NCBI RefSeq assembly: GCF_057098645.1
Contig: NZ_CM169472.1
Direction: 5' to 3' (one strand)
Length of the DNA stretch: 64,000 nucleotides
Shown here: positions 33,199-42,865 of the stretch, piece after piece
Layout: every line of letters begins with the position of its first letter
How positions within the stretch are numbered: the first letter of the stretch is position 1
The notes under the pieces: generated by a model
The model's database searches: none
Told to the model about the DNA's origin: nothing
Seen by the model: the letters and a program-made list of their open reading frames with translations, nothing else
Program-made: the position numbers and the translations under genes

Positions 33199-33864
33199 TT
33201 AATGCAGGCAGCACTGCTTAAATTTCTTACCACTACCGCACGGGCAAGGATCGTTACGCCCCGGTTTCTCTTCTGCTTTGATCGGTTGCTGAACAGCTTT
33301 TTCCTGCGGATGCGCCATCCAGTACGCATGTAGATCAAGCGCCGCCAGTCGAATGGCATCTACGCTCTCTTCAAACGCTTCTGGCGACATCTTCTCTACC
33401 CGCTCGAAGTTTTCCTCAGTACCGTGCAGCGCAATCGCCTCCAGCGCTGGTTTTAACGAATCGGGCAATGTTGACCAGTCAGAAAGTGCCACGCCCCGCA
33501 TATAGCCAAAGCACCACTCCTCAACAATCGTCAGCTCGCTGCCATCAACTTCTCGCAAGCCGAATAACGGCTCAAACTGCTCCGGGAATTCGTTCAGACG
33601 CTCTGCGGTATCGGCCATATGTTGAAAAGCCAGGTTCATAAAGCGCGTCATCTCTTTCTCTGACGCCCAGCGCGGCACATAGTCAGCCCCACCCCACACG
33701 GCAACCAGCCACTGTGCCGGTTCAATCTCTTGCGGAGAACTCAACACCGCCGTCAATAAACCGTCCAGCTCCGCCACATCAAGGATGGCGTGGTCAGTGT
33801 TGTATTTGGTCAGAATATCGTCCAGCCATTCCAACTCACTTTCGTTTAACGGTCCCGTTTTCAT
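33199..33864 (-). CDS. yecA: UPF0149 family protein YecA (C-terminal SEC-C motif)
   Basis: 221-aa ORF ending ...[20 protein letters not shown]. Confidence 0.9.
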   Translation of the reverse strand: MKTGPLNESELEWLDDILTKYNTDHAILDVAELDGLLTAVLSSPQEIEPAQWLVAVWGGADYVPRWASEKEMTRFMNLAFQHMADTAERLNEFPEQFEPLFGLREVDGSELTIVEEWCFGYMRGVALSDWSTLPDSLKPALEAIALHGTEENFERVEKMSPEAFEESVDAIRLAALDLHAYWMAHPQEKAVQQPIKAEEKPGRNDPCPCGSGKKFKQCCLH

Positions 33865-33990
33865 ACGCTTTTCCTTGTGGATCTCAACTCGCCAGCACCT
33901 ATCTTACATGCCGGTCCGTATCAGAGATACTTTTTGAGTGGCTTTGCCGGTGATTAAAAATCAAGGAGGGTGTAACGACAAGTTGCAGGC

Positions 33991-34016
33991 ACAAAAAAAC
34001 CACCCGAAGGTGGTTT
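33991..34016 (-). terminator. rho-independent terminator at the original leuZ 3-prime flank
   Basis: aaaaaaaccaccc gaa ggtggttt hairpin; left copy of the repeat. Confidence 0.6.
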
Positions 34017-34059
34017 CACGACACTGCTTATTGCTTTGATTTTATTCTTATCTTTCCCA

Positions 34060-34115
34060 TGGTACCCGGAGCGGGACTTGAACCCGCACAGCGCGAACGC
34101 CGAGGGATTTTAAAT
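34060..34115 (-). other. tRNA-Leu 3-prime fragment (integration remnant)
   Basis: tggtacccggagcgggacttgaacccgcacagcgcgaacgccgagggattttaaat equals the 3-prime part of leuZ; 5-prime part replaced by island sequence. Confidence 0.85.
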
Positions 34116-34462
34116 TCTACGCAATATCAATGAGTTACATAGCAGTGCATTGCGAAACTTTGCTGACGTTGAATGGTCGTCTTTGCAACCACTGGCAGAA
34201 AATGGATAGCCGTAGATTGCGTTGAGCACAGAAACAGCACAGGGTAATCGTCTACTTGGTCCTGTAAAGGAGGTTGTTGCCACACAAGCTAAAGCGCTTG
34301 ACCTGCCCCCAGTATTCGGTACAACTGTCAGTTAGTAATATCTGTTCTGTGAACCGCTCTCTGAATGTGATCCATTCATAATCAGCGCTACCTTTAGAGG
34401 TTGAATACCCAGCCCCTGGTAAACATAACGTTCCAGGGGGTACTTTGCGATGAAGGATATTT

Positions 34463-36334
34463 TTACAGCGTAAATTCGTTTCCGGGTCCAGTGCCCAGGT
34501 TATTTACTATATAAGCATCTATTCTCTGATCATTAAATCGCCAGCAGTCAATGGCAAGATCCATCAGCAGGCGTTGCCTTGATGTGATGCTTTCCGCAGA
34601 CCAGTCTTGATATTCATATCCATATTTCAGCTTAAAGCGATTTAATGCAGTGTTATCACCAATTGAGTACTGGGAGTGGAGTAATCGAGTCATGATGATT
34701 TCAGAGTTTAAATATTCTGTTTGTTTTTTCAAAAACCAGTCTTCACTCAAATCATTGCAGTTATTGACAGACTGGTTAATTGTACCCTCTAATAATGTTA
34801 CATTACCAAGTTTGTAGAGATAACTTGTTCGATTTACATCAGAGAACTCCCCGTTTTCAGGGGCGTTTCGTACCGTCTGAGGAAGAATATGCTCAATTTG
34901 CATCTGCTGAATAGCCTGCTGGCTCTTTTCCGGAAAACCGCAAAGATGGCGGATATGATTCTCTAATCTACCCAATACATAACGTTGGCGATACTGAGGC
35001 GTAAAATTATAGTCATTAATAATTGAGAATCGTTCTTTAAATTCATCTAAACGCTCCACAACAAAAGGTATAAGTGTTGCTGAAACAACATTTGCAACCT
35101 CTGCTTTCGTTTTCACATCCCGAAGCTTTACAGCCCATTGAGTAAAGCGTTGCTCATATGTCTTCGATTGAATAGCCATTGTATTTGTAAAGAATAAAAA
35201 GCTCTCAAGTTGAGCACCTAAGAAATCCATTACATCATCTGAACAACTAATATCCAATGCCATTAGTAAAACCAAATGCTGACGTGAGCGATATTTATTA
35301 ATATATCCAATGTTACTTACGTTTGGAAAACGGATATTTTCACGCCAGTAGGCTGCTTCATTTGTTGCATTGACCAGGTTAGCGTATCGTTCTGATAATT
35401 TTTCCAATTCTTTGACGAGGACCATAGGGCGTGTCTTATACTGCAACGACAGTTCCCCCTCAGCTGAAATGATCCATTTATATATATCATCTTCACGCAA
35501 AATCCCGTGATGATATCGTGCCATCAGAAAGTAACGTAAAAAACGAAGCGGGTTATCACTTTCGCCGCAAGACTCAAGGTTATTAGTGATGGATTTCCAT
35601 GTTGTCTTTATTGCCGAAAACTGTTCTTCTTTTATCTGACTGAAAATCAAATTTTTAACAAGATCCATAGCATTAAGGCTGGCACCACGCTGATTGATCG
35701 TTTCGAAGATCTTTAATGCGCTACTTAAGTTCTCTGATTCAATGACAACCAGCTCAACTTTTGTTAAAAAAAAGCGAGCGAAGGAGATTAATCCATTCAA
35801 GCTATCTTGCAATTGGTATTTAAGATAATCACGAATGTGATCATACGCGTCAGCCATTTTTTTTACTGAAGCTGTTTCCGCAAAGGTATTGGTTTGCCCT
35901 TCAATTAACCGCGAAATAAATCCTCGACTTTCTTCATATTGAAGATCTAGTCTAATTAGATTTTCCTCACTATTAATATCATAACTAGAGAGCCATTCCT
36001 CAATAGTTTTCAGATATTCCAGCCCTTTTTTGTCAAGTGTATCCAATCTATCTTTTAATAGATCCCGTAAGGCACACATAGTGATGACAATAGTGGTCAA
36101 CCGCTGCTGTCCGTCAATAACATCATGCTTTTCCCCATTCTTTACGATAATAACAGAACCGAGAAAATAACCATTTTGATCTTTCTGCTCTGGTTGGTAT
36201 TCATTGTCTAAATCCATGAGAAACTGTTCAACCTGATCATCAACCTTCCATACATACTCACGTTGATAATCGGGAACTAAAAAATAATAATCGCTTAATT
36301 TTGATATATTTTTTACATCGGCTTCTATTTTCAT
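34463..36334 (-). CDS. GmrSD-family type IV restriction endonuclease-like protein (DUF262 N-terminal, DUF1524 C-terminal)
   Basis: 623-aa ORF; N-terminal DGQQR motif typical of DUF262; C-terminal EHILPQ ... N-rich motif typical of DUF1524 His-Me finger. Confidence 0.65.
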   Translation of the reverse strand: MKIEADVKNISKLSDYYFLVPDYQREYVWKVDDQVEQFLMDLDNEYQPEQKDQNGYFLGSVIIVKNGEKHDVIDGQQRLTTIVITMCALRDLLKDRLDTLDKKGLEYLKTIEEWLSSYDINSEENLIRLDLQYEESRGFISRLIEGQTNTFAETASVKKMADAYDHIRDYLKYQLQDSLNGLISFARFFLTKVELVVIESENLSSALKIFETINQRGASLNAMDLVKNLIFSQIKEEQFSAIKTTWKSITNNLESCGESDNPLRFLRYFLMARYHHGILREDDIYKWIISAEGELSLQYKTRPMVLVKELEKLSERYANLVNATNEAAYWRENIRFPNVSNIGYINKYRSRQHLVLLMALDISCSDDVMDFLGAQLESFLFFTNTMAIQSKTYEQRFTQWAVKLRDVKTKAEVANVVSATLIPFVVERLDEFKERFSIINDYNFTPQYRQRYVLGRLENHIRHLCGFPEKSQQAIQQMQIEHILPQTVRNAPENGEFSDVNRTSYLYKLGNVTLLEGTINQSVNNCNDLSEDWFLKKQTEYLNSEIIMTRLLHSQYSIGDNTALNRFKLKYGYEYQDWSAESITSRQRLLMDLAIDCWRFNDQRIDAYIVNNLGTGPGNEFTL

Positions 36335-36391
36335 TTTATATCCTTACATAGCTGGATGAACACCATAGATCATACTGATCCCAGATCCAAT

Positions 36392-36901
36392 TCACAAACG
36401 AACAGGAGAGTAGACCCCTTCTACATTACAGCTATCTCCGTCATCAAAAATCAACTCTCCTGCACTATAACCATCCATGGATAAAATAGCCTTTTCATTG
36501 AGAGCCAGACTAAGGCACATTGATGTTTTTATCATATTATCTGTACCATAAATCTCATACCAGTTATCTTCTTTTTTAGAAACCTCTACCTCATACTTTC
36601 CTGAGTCAATATTAACCATGCTAAATACATTATCTACATCACATGAATCCTTGCTATCTGTAAAAATTATTTTTTTATCATAGCCATCAACCCTGAGATA
36701 TGCGTCTTCAGAATAAGCATAAACATAACAATATTTAGTATTAACAAAAGAATCCTTCCCAGTAATTTGATATAAATTACTATCTTTTCTTGTGACATTT
36801 ATTTCCCACGTATTGGCATGAACATAACCTGGAGCCAAAAACAGGGTTAATAAGAACGGTCCAATCTTGGCTTTAAAGTTTCTAACAATTTTGAAAAACA
36901 T
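36392..36901 (-). CDS. secreted protein of unknown function with two tandem Cys-containing repeat domains
   Basis: 169-aa ORF; signal peptide MFFKIVRNFKAKIGPFLLTLFLAPGYVHA; internal repeat NLYQITGKDS...CDVDNVFSMV / NWYEIYGTDN...CNVEGVYSPV. Confidence 0.55.
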   Translation of the reverse strand: MFFKIVRNFKAKIGPFLLTLFLAPGYVHANTWEINVTRKDSNLYQITGKDSFVNTKYCYVYAYSEDAYLRVDGYDKKIIFTDSKDSCDVDNVFSMVNIDSGKYEVEVSKKEDNWYEIYGTDNMIKTSMCLSLALNEKAILSMDGYSAGELIFDDGDSCNVEGVYSPVRL

Positions 36902-36952
36902 AAAACCCCTTCTTATATAGTTCTGTAATATGTTAATTTAGCTGGGCTCTTA

Positions 36953-37708
36953 CTACATATCAGCCAACAACATCCCAGCCATGCCATCCAGCCGTTTCTT
37001 GACCTTTTCCCACCCAGGCATAACCTGCCCCATCAGGCGGTAAAACTCTTCACTGTGGTTGTGCTCAGCAACATGGCATAACTCATGTAGCAAAACATAA
37101 TCGATACATTCTGAGGATGCCTTAACCAGCCATGGATTCAGGGTCAGACAGCCTTTTGCTGAACAGTTGCCCCATTGCGTTTGCATCGCCCGCAGACGTA
37201 TCGGAGGACGCTCACTGACCCAAAGGGTCTGCGGAATCAGTAAATCAAGCCTGCGCTGAAAAACATCTCTGGCACGTTCCCGATACCATTCAGCCAGCAA
37301 GGCTTTAATCTTTTCTGCCGATTTGTGTCTGACAGTCACTTCCAGACGCCCACGCAACATTTTCACTCGTTGCGGCACAGTAGCGTCTTCTGTCACTTTC
37401 AACTGATATTGCTTACCGAGATAATAATGGCTTTCTCCGCTGACATACTGACGCGGAACAATGTGTGTCTGTTGCTCCCTGAAATCACGCAGTTGCTGGT
37501 ATATCCAGCGCCCACGTTTTTTCAGCGCAGACAATACCTCGTGCTCCGGTGTTTCAGGCGGTACAGAGGCCACAACCCGGCAGTCCGGATAAACCTTGAT
37601 GAGCACCCTGCCCTTTACGACCTGACGCGGAACACACTGTACGACGATGACCTCATCACCATAGACAATGCGTAACGCTTTCATTGATGGCGATTCTTTT
37701 TCACTCAT
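36953..37708 (-). CDS. DUF45/YgjP-like zinc metallohydrolase
   Basis: 251-aa ORF with HELCHVAEHNHSEEF (HExxH...NHS); 4-nt overlap with hsdR stop. Confidence 0.6.
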   Translation of the reverse strand: MSEKESPSMKALRIVYGDEVIVVQCVPRQVVKGRVLIKVYPDCRVVASVPPETPEHEVLSALKKRGRWIYQQLRDFREQQTHIVPRQYVSGESHYYLGKQYQLKVTEDATVPQRVKMLRGRLEVTVRHKSAEKIKALLAEWYRERARDVFQRRLDLLIPQTLWVSERPPIRLRAMQTQWGNCSAKGCLTLNPWLVKASSECIDYVLLHELCHVAEHNHSEEFYRLMGQVMPGWEKVKKRLDGMAGMLLADM

Positions 37709-40700
37709 GATTTCATCAAACCAACGCGCAGTATCTGGATGATGGTTTCCACAATACGGTTAACCTGATTCATTCCGGCACCAATTTCCCGGCAGGCCGT
37801 AAACAGCAGTGGTAGCAGACTTGTCTTAACGACTTTCTCAATGTCCTGGGGGTTCAGGGAGTTTTCTGCCACCGCTTTGACGATAATGTTGTCCACGTCA
37901 AAAGCCAGCTTCGTCCACTTATCCTGCACTTGAACGTCTTTTACCACAAAAACCTCAGGTAGCTCTTTTTTAAATACACCGTAATATGCCTGAGCATGCT
38001 TGTTTACCGCCAAAGCATCCGGGATATCACTGAGCTTACGGGCTTTAACCTGTTCTTCAAACTCACGGAATAAGAGGTACTGCTTAAGTGGATGGTCGAA
38101 CAGTTTTTCAGCCTCTTCGATTGCCATACGCAGGAGTCTGGAAAAGGCCTCCTGAGCATACGGATCATCACGCAGCTCCTGCTCAATCATCTTCGTCACA
38201 CGGGTTTTAATGATGTCGGTTTCATTGCGGGTTTTATTGTTATCCCACTCTTCGGGTTTTTCGCTCTTGCCCATTTTACCGACTTCATACACGCCATCCG
38301 GTTCACGAACCTCAACGCCGGTAACATGCTTATCCAGCAATTTTTTCACCTGCTCAGCGTAGTCGTCATAATTGACCTGCTCTCCACTTACCTGCATCGC
38401 CCACTGGCGAAGGCTGGACATCTGTTTTACGGTTTCTTTATAGAGATTTCGGTCTTGTTCCGTAAAGCTCTTGTCGGTGAAGAAGGTAGCGGACTGCAGT
38501 GCCACTTTCAGGCATCCGGCAAAGGCCGTTAACGCCTCGAAGAAATCATCACGGGTTTTCTGATGGATATCGACCATCTCTCCGTCACGTTCTTCCATTT
38601 TAGGCACCAGTACTGCACGTAACTGCTCAGTATCATTTTTGTTTTTAACACCGGCAAATATGGCCCACAACTGGTTATACAGATGCGGCAGACGTTTATA
38701 TTCAGAGCTCATGGCGCTGTACAGCCCGTCAATATCCTTGATGTCGTATCCTCCCTGGGTTCGGGAGGCGAGATCCTGATATTTGCCGATAGTCGTGTCC
38801 AGTTCAGCCAGAATGCCGCGATAATCAATCAGCAGGCCAAACTTTTTCAGTGGATGCAGACGGTTTACCCTTGCAATCGCCTGGATAAGGTTGTGGGACT
38901 TAAGCGGCTTGTCGATATACAGCACGGTATTCTTCGGTTCATCAAATCCGGTGAGCAGTTTATCAACGACGATCAGTAATTTGAGCTTATCATCAGTATC
39001 GAAACGACTGATGATATTGCGGGTATACACAGACTCATCCTGCATGCCGACGTTATCTTTCCACCATTTCGTCACTTCCGGCAGTTTGCTTTCATCCACC
39101 TCAGTATTCCCTTCCCGGGTATCCGGCGGGCTGATAACTACAGCTGACTCAAACAACCCGGCTTCATCAAGATACTTTTTATATTTGATGGCGGAAATCT
39201 TGCTGTCGCAGGCAAGTTGGCCTTTCAGCCCCTCATCAATATTCTTCGAGAAGTGTGTGGCGATATCGAGTGCGATCAGCCGGATGCGGTCATCTGCACT
39301 GTAGACCTCACCTTTACGGGCATATTTACGTTTAAGGTCGGCTTTTTGCGCTTCGCTTAACCCATCGGTAATACGGTCAAACCAGGCATCTATTGCCCGA
39401 TCGTTAACCTCAAGGTCGGGAATACGTTCTTCATACAGCAAAGGTGTAACGGCTTTATCTTCTACCGCTCGCTGCATGGTATAAGCGTGGACAATCGGCC
39501 CGAATTTATTGGTGGTCTTATCTTCTTTTAGCAATGGCGTACCGGTGAATGCCACAAAGGCGGCGTTCGGCAGTGCCAGTTTCATTCGCACATGGTTCTC
39601 ACCCCCCTGGCTGCGGTGTCCTTCATCAATCAGAACGATGATGTCGGGGCTGGTATTGACGCATTCAGGCAATTTTGTCGCTGAGTTAAATTTCTGGATA
39701 AGGGTAAAGATTATACGTTCTTTACCAGAGCCAATCTGCTGTGCCAGCTTCTGACCTGAGGTCGCCATCGCTTTGGCCTTATCATCCTTCCCTGCCAGTT
39801 CGCCACCAGAGACAAAAGTGCCGCTGAGCTGCCCTTCAAGGTCCACGCGGTCCGTCACCACCACAATACGACACTGCTTCAGGCTGTCATGAAGGATCAG
39901 CGCCTTGCTGAGGAATACCATGGTGTAAGATTTACCTGACCTCGTGGTATGCCAGATCACCCCACCTTCCCTGCCCCCGTCTGGTCTGCGGGTACTGATG
40001 CGTTCCAGCAGTCTTTTTATCCCGAACACCTGCTGATAGCGGGCAACAATTTTTCCGGTTTTTTTATCAAACAGGGTGAAGAAGCGGGTCATCTCCAGCA
40101 GACGTTCCGGTGAAAGCAGACTGATGAGCAGCTTATCCTGCCCGCTGACTGCCAGTTCCCCCCCATCGATTAACTGTTGATACCATTTGAGATCGACTGA
40201 AGGACGATGATCAAACAACGCATGAATTTGTTCAGTCGATAACTGATGGTTGCGCAGCGCATACATCTGCGGATCGGTAATATCTTCTTCGCGCCATGCC
40301 GCCCAGAATTTCATTGGCGTATGGCATGTACCGTAGCGCCCGTCATGACCGTTAATCGAAAGTAATAACTGGCTGTAGACAAACAGCTGCGGGATTTCAT
40401 CGTTGAACTGGTTGCGGATACTCTGGGATATCCCCTCGTCAATGGTTGGCCCTTTCTTGCCATGACCAGCCGGGCTTTTCGCTTCAATAACAGCCAGCGG
40501 GATACCATTAACAAAGCAGACAATATCCGGTCTGCGGGTTTCAACACCGCCTGACCGCAATACCGTAAATTCTTCAGTAAAATGGAACTGGTTATTTTCC
40601 GGATGTTCCCAGTCGATCAGCGCAATGGTGGGGTTGACCTTCTTGCCATCGACAAATTCGGTGACGGCGATACCGTAGAGCAGATGGTTATACATCCGTT

Positions 40701-40989
40701 CATTGGCTTTGAGCAGCCCTTCATTCAGCGCCGGAGAACAGACCTGTGATATCAGGTTATCCAGTGCTTTTTCCGATAACTGGCAGTTTTTGCCACCCGC
40801 CATAAAGGAACGCTTCGACAGCTCTTCACGCAGAACCGGACGCAGCACCACCTCATCCTGTTTATAGCCCCGGTAATCCATAATCTGTTTCGGAGATAAA
40901 AACGTCCAGCCGAGGCTGGTCAGTAACGTCAGTGCCGGGATTTTGGCGCTGTATTCTTCCTGGAATTTAGGTTGGTAGTGCTTATCCAC
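37705..40989 (-). CDS. hsdR: type I restriction enzyme R subunit
   Basis: 1094-aa ORF; N-terminal PD-(D/E)xK-like IEAK motif, SF2 helicase motifs including DEGHRS. Confidence 0.85.
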   Translation of the reverse strand: MDKHYQPKFQEEYSAKIPALTLLTSLGWTFLSPKQIMDYRGYKQDEVVLRPVLREELSKRSFMAGGKNCQLSEKALDNLISQVCSPALNEGLLKANERMYNHLLYGIAVTEFVDGKKVNPTIALIDWEHPENNQFHFTEEFTVLRSGGVETRRPDIVCFVNGIPLAVIEAKSPAGHGKKGPTIDEGISQSIRNQFNDEIPQLFVYSQLLLSINGHDGRYGTCHTPMKFWAAWREEDITDPQMYALRNHQLSTEQIHALFDHRPSVDLKWYQQLIDGGELAVSGQDKLLISLLSPERLLEMTRFFTLFDKKTGKIVARYQQVFGIKRLLERISTRRPDGGREGGVIWHTTRSGKSYTMVFLSKALILHDSLKQCRIVVVTDRVDLEGQLSGTFVSGGELAGKDDKAKAMATSGQKLAQQIGSGKERIIFTLIQKFNSATKLPECVNTSPDIIVLIDEGHRSQGGENHVRMKLALPNAAFVAFTGTPLLKEDKTTNKFGPIVHAYTMQRAVEDKAVTPLLYEERIPDLEVNDRAIDAWFDRITDGLSEAQKADLKRKYARKGEVYSADDRIRLIALDIATHFSKNIDEGLKGQLACDSKISAIKYKKYLDEAGLFESAVVISPPDTREGNTEVDESKLPEVTKWWKDNVGMQDESVYTRNIISRFDTDDKLKLLIVVDKLLTGFDEPKNTVLYIDKPLKSHNLIQAIARVNRLHPLKKFGLLIDYRGILAELDTTIGKYQDLASRTQGGYDIKDIDGLYSAMSSEYKRLPHLYNQLWAIFAGVKNKNDTEQLRAVLVPKMEERDGEMVDIHQKTRDDFFEALTAFAGCLKVALQSATFFTDKSFTEQDRNLYKETVKQMSSLRQWAMQVSGEQVNYDDYAEQVKKLLDKHVTGVEVREPDGVYEVGKMGKSEKPEEWDNNKTRNETDIIKTRVTKMIEQELRDDPYAQEAFSRLLRMAIEEAEKLFDHPLKQYLLFREFEEQVKARKLSDIPDALAVNKHAQAYYGVFKKELPEVFVVKDVQVQDKWTKLAFDVDNIIVKAVAENSLNPQDIEKVVKTSLLPLLFTACREIGAGMNQVNRIVETIIQILRVGLMKS

Positions 40990-41058
40990 CCGGTAATCCT
41001 TCTTGGCTAAGAGGTGAAACTGTATGTCCTTACGGACATACTCAAAATGAACGAAGAC

Positions 41059-42843
41059 TTATGATGAAAAGAACGGCGAGTCCCGATAAAGGCGATTGTA
41101 CTTGACCTGTTCTGTTTCGCCCTTGTTTACATTACCAAATTTCTCCTGATGCGTCGTACAGCAGGAACCACAGGATGCACAAATAAATCGTCCTTCTGAA
41201 CATTTTTCATGCAAATCCCTGGCGTCAATTATTTCGCTGCATTTGTAACCAATACAGTGATTAATGTAATGCCCGATACCAAACTGTTCGCACGAATGAC
41301 TGGCACATTTAAAGACGGTCAGGCGATACGCGGCCTGGAAAGGTTTTTTCACAAATCCTTTCGACTTTGTATCCCAGACGCTGACTTCCACACGAGCATA
41401 TTTCATATCTGGAACCATCAGCACCCCACAACTTCGGCAATGCAAGCGGGAATGTAATTCTCTGATACGATTGAAATACCCAGCCAGTTTAATTGGGAAA
41501 TCCCGCTTAGAAGGTTCGCCTGCAATCAGATAGGTCATGCCATAGTGGGCAAGCCAGTCATAAATAGTGAAGTCGATGTAATCCCGACTGAGGTCGGGTA
41601 GTACCTGCGGATCATGGCAGATTTTCGAACGACAAAGGAATTTTTTCTCTATCGTTCCGTCAGGTTGTTTTGCATTCCAGTGAAATGCCTCACAGGATAA
41701 TTTTAAATTCCGGGAACGAATTTTCAATGAGCTACACTGTGGGAACAATTTGAAAACAGAAGGATGGCTTACCGGGATTTTACCCGACAACACTCCCTGC
41801 CATATCTCATGCAGAATAATACTCAGAACGGACTGTTCATCGTTACGCCCAATCAGCGGTAACAATTTACTCAGAATAAAGTATTCAGGGTCAGAAGAAA
41901 TTTCAGTATTCGACTCAATATCATTAACAAAACTGAAATCTTTCCTGAACATCTTCTGTTTAATCAAATACTTATTGACAAAAGGACTAATCACGGAATG
42001 TTTATAAAATTGCTCTCTCGATGAGAATTTCTGCTGATAGGCATCACGGACAAATGGTTGTATATCCATTTTATTTTTCGTGAAACTACGTCGAACAAAA
42101 TTCTCTATATCATCATGCCGATGTTCAAGAATCCGCTCGCTGCTTATACAATCGTAAAATGCCAGGTAGAGAATAGCACTTATAGATATATGGCTGAGTA
42201 ATTCATTGATGATGTCCGATGTTGAAGCCCCCTGGCAATCCGTAGCCGCAGAACACCTTTTCACCCAAACAGCGAACTGATCAATGTTATTATCGATAAA
42301 TGACGAAGGCATGACTGCAGGAGATATTTGTTGTGCGGTCAAATCATCAAAATTCTTATCAGAGGCGAAAAGTGCAAACTGGTTATCGTAGTTACGTGAT
42401 TTTAAAAATAGCGGCAAGACTTTTGTAGCAGCTATATCACTGGTAACTAACCGAATTATAGCCCTTTCGCCAAAGGACTGAGTGAGAAAATTAATAACGC
42501 AGTCACGATAACGCCAACGAGCGAAATCAACGCCCTCCTCAATAATAGCCCGGAGATATTCAATAAGGAGCTCAGCCGTCTCCTCATCTGTTTTATCAAG
42601 AATGTGAACATTAAAAGCCGTAGGCTTACCATTTTTACCTGTACCTTCCCTGAACAGCACCGGTGCATTGTCTGCGGGTGTATAGTTCCGGCTTATCTCA
42701 TTCTTATGAAAAAACAGCTCATTACCATTCTCTGATAAGAGAAAGCCAAAGTTATTCTCCCGATCCGTTTTGCTGTTGTAGCCTCCGAACCAGAGAACAT
42801 TTCCCATGTACCACCGGGAACGATCCAGATTGTTCACTGCCAT
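41059..42843 (-). CDS. protein of unknown function: N-terminal cold-shock-like domain, C-terminal Cys/His-rich putative zinc-ribbon region
   Basis: Start chosen at MAVNNLDR with RBS GAAGGGGG 7 nt upstream (594 aa); WFGGYNSKTDRENNFGFL resembles the CSD KWFN..KGFGFI core; C-terminal clusters CRSCG, CASHSC, CASCGSCC. Confidence 0.55.
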   Translation of the reverse strand: MAVNNLDRSRWYMGNVLWFGGYNSKTDRENNFGFLLSENGNELFFHKNEISRNYTPADNAPVLFREGTGKNGKPTAFNVHILDKTDEETAELLIEYLRAIIEEGVDFARWRYRDCVINFLTQSFGERAIIRLVTSDIAATKVLPLFLKSRNYDNQFALFASDKNFDDLTAQQISPAVMPSSFIDNNIDQFAVWVKRCSAATDCQGASTSDIINELLSHISISAILYLAFYDCISSERILEHRHDDIENFVRRSFTKNKMDIQPFVRDAYQQKFSSREQFYKHSVISPFVNKYLIKQKMFRKDFSFVNDIESNTEISSDPEYFILSKLLPLIGRNDEQSVLSIILHEIWQGVLSGKIPVSHPSVFKLFPQCSSLKIRSRNLKLSCEAFHWNAKQPDGTIEKKFLCRSKICHDPQVLPDLSRDYIDFTIYDWLAHYGMTYLIAGEPSKRDFPIKLAGYFNRIRELHSRLHCRSCGVLMVPDMKYARVEVSVWDTKSKGFVKKPFQAAYRLTVFKCASHSCEQFGIGHYINHCIGYKCSEIIDARDLHEKCSEGRFICASCGSCCTTHQEKFGNVNKGETEQVKYNRLYRDSPFFSS

Positions 42844-42865
42844 GAGCAAGCCCCCTTCCGCTTTG

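Larger units (their letters stand above)
33986..34115. repeat. attL: 130-bp direct repeat containing the 3-prime 56 nt of tRNA-Leu plus 74 bp of downstream flank
   Basis: Matches 62579-62708 with 1 mismatch (A/G in the terminator loop); similarity ends exactly at 34115/62708. Confidence 0.9.

Noticed and set aside
33986-34115. Left repeat as a second tRNA-Leu gene
   Set aside because: Only the 3-prime 56 nt of the tRNA are present; upstream sequence is island DNA, so it is an att remnant
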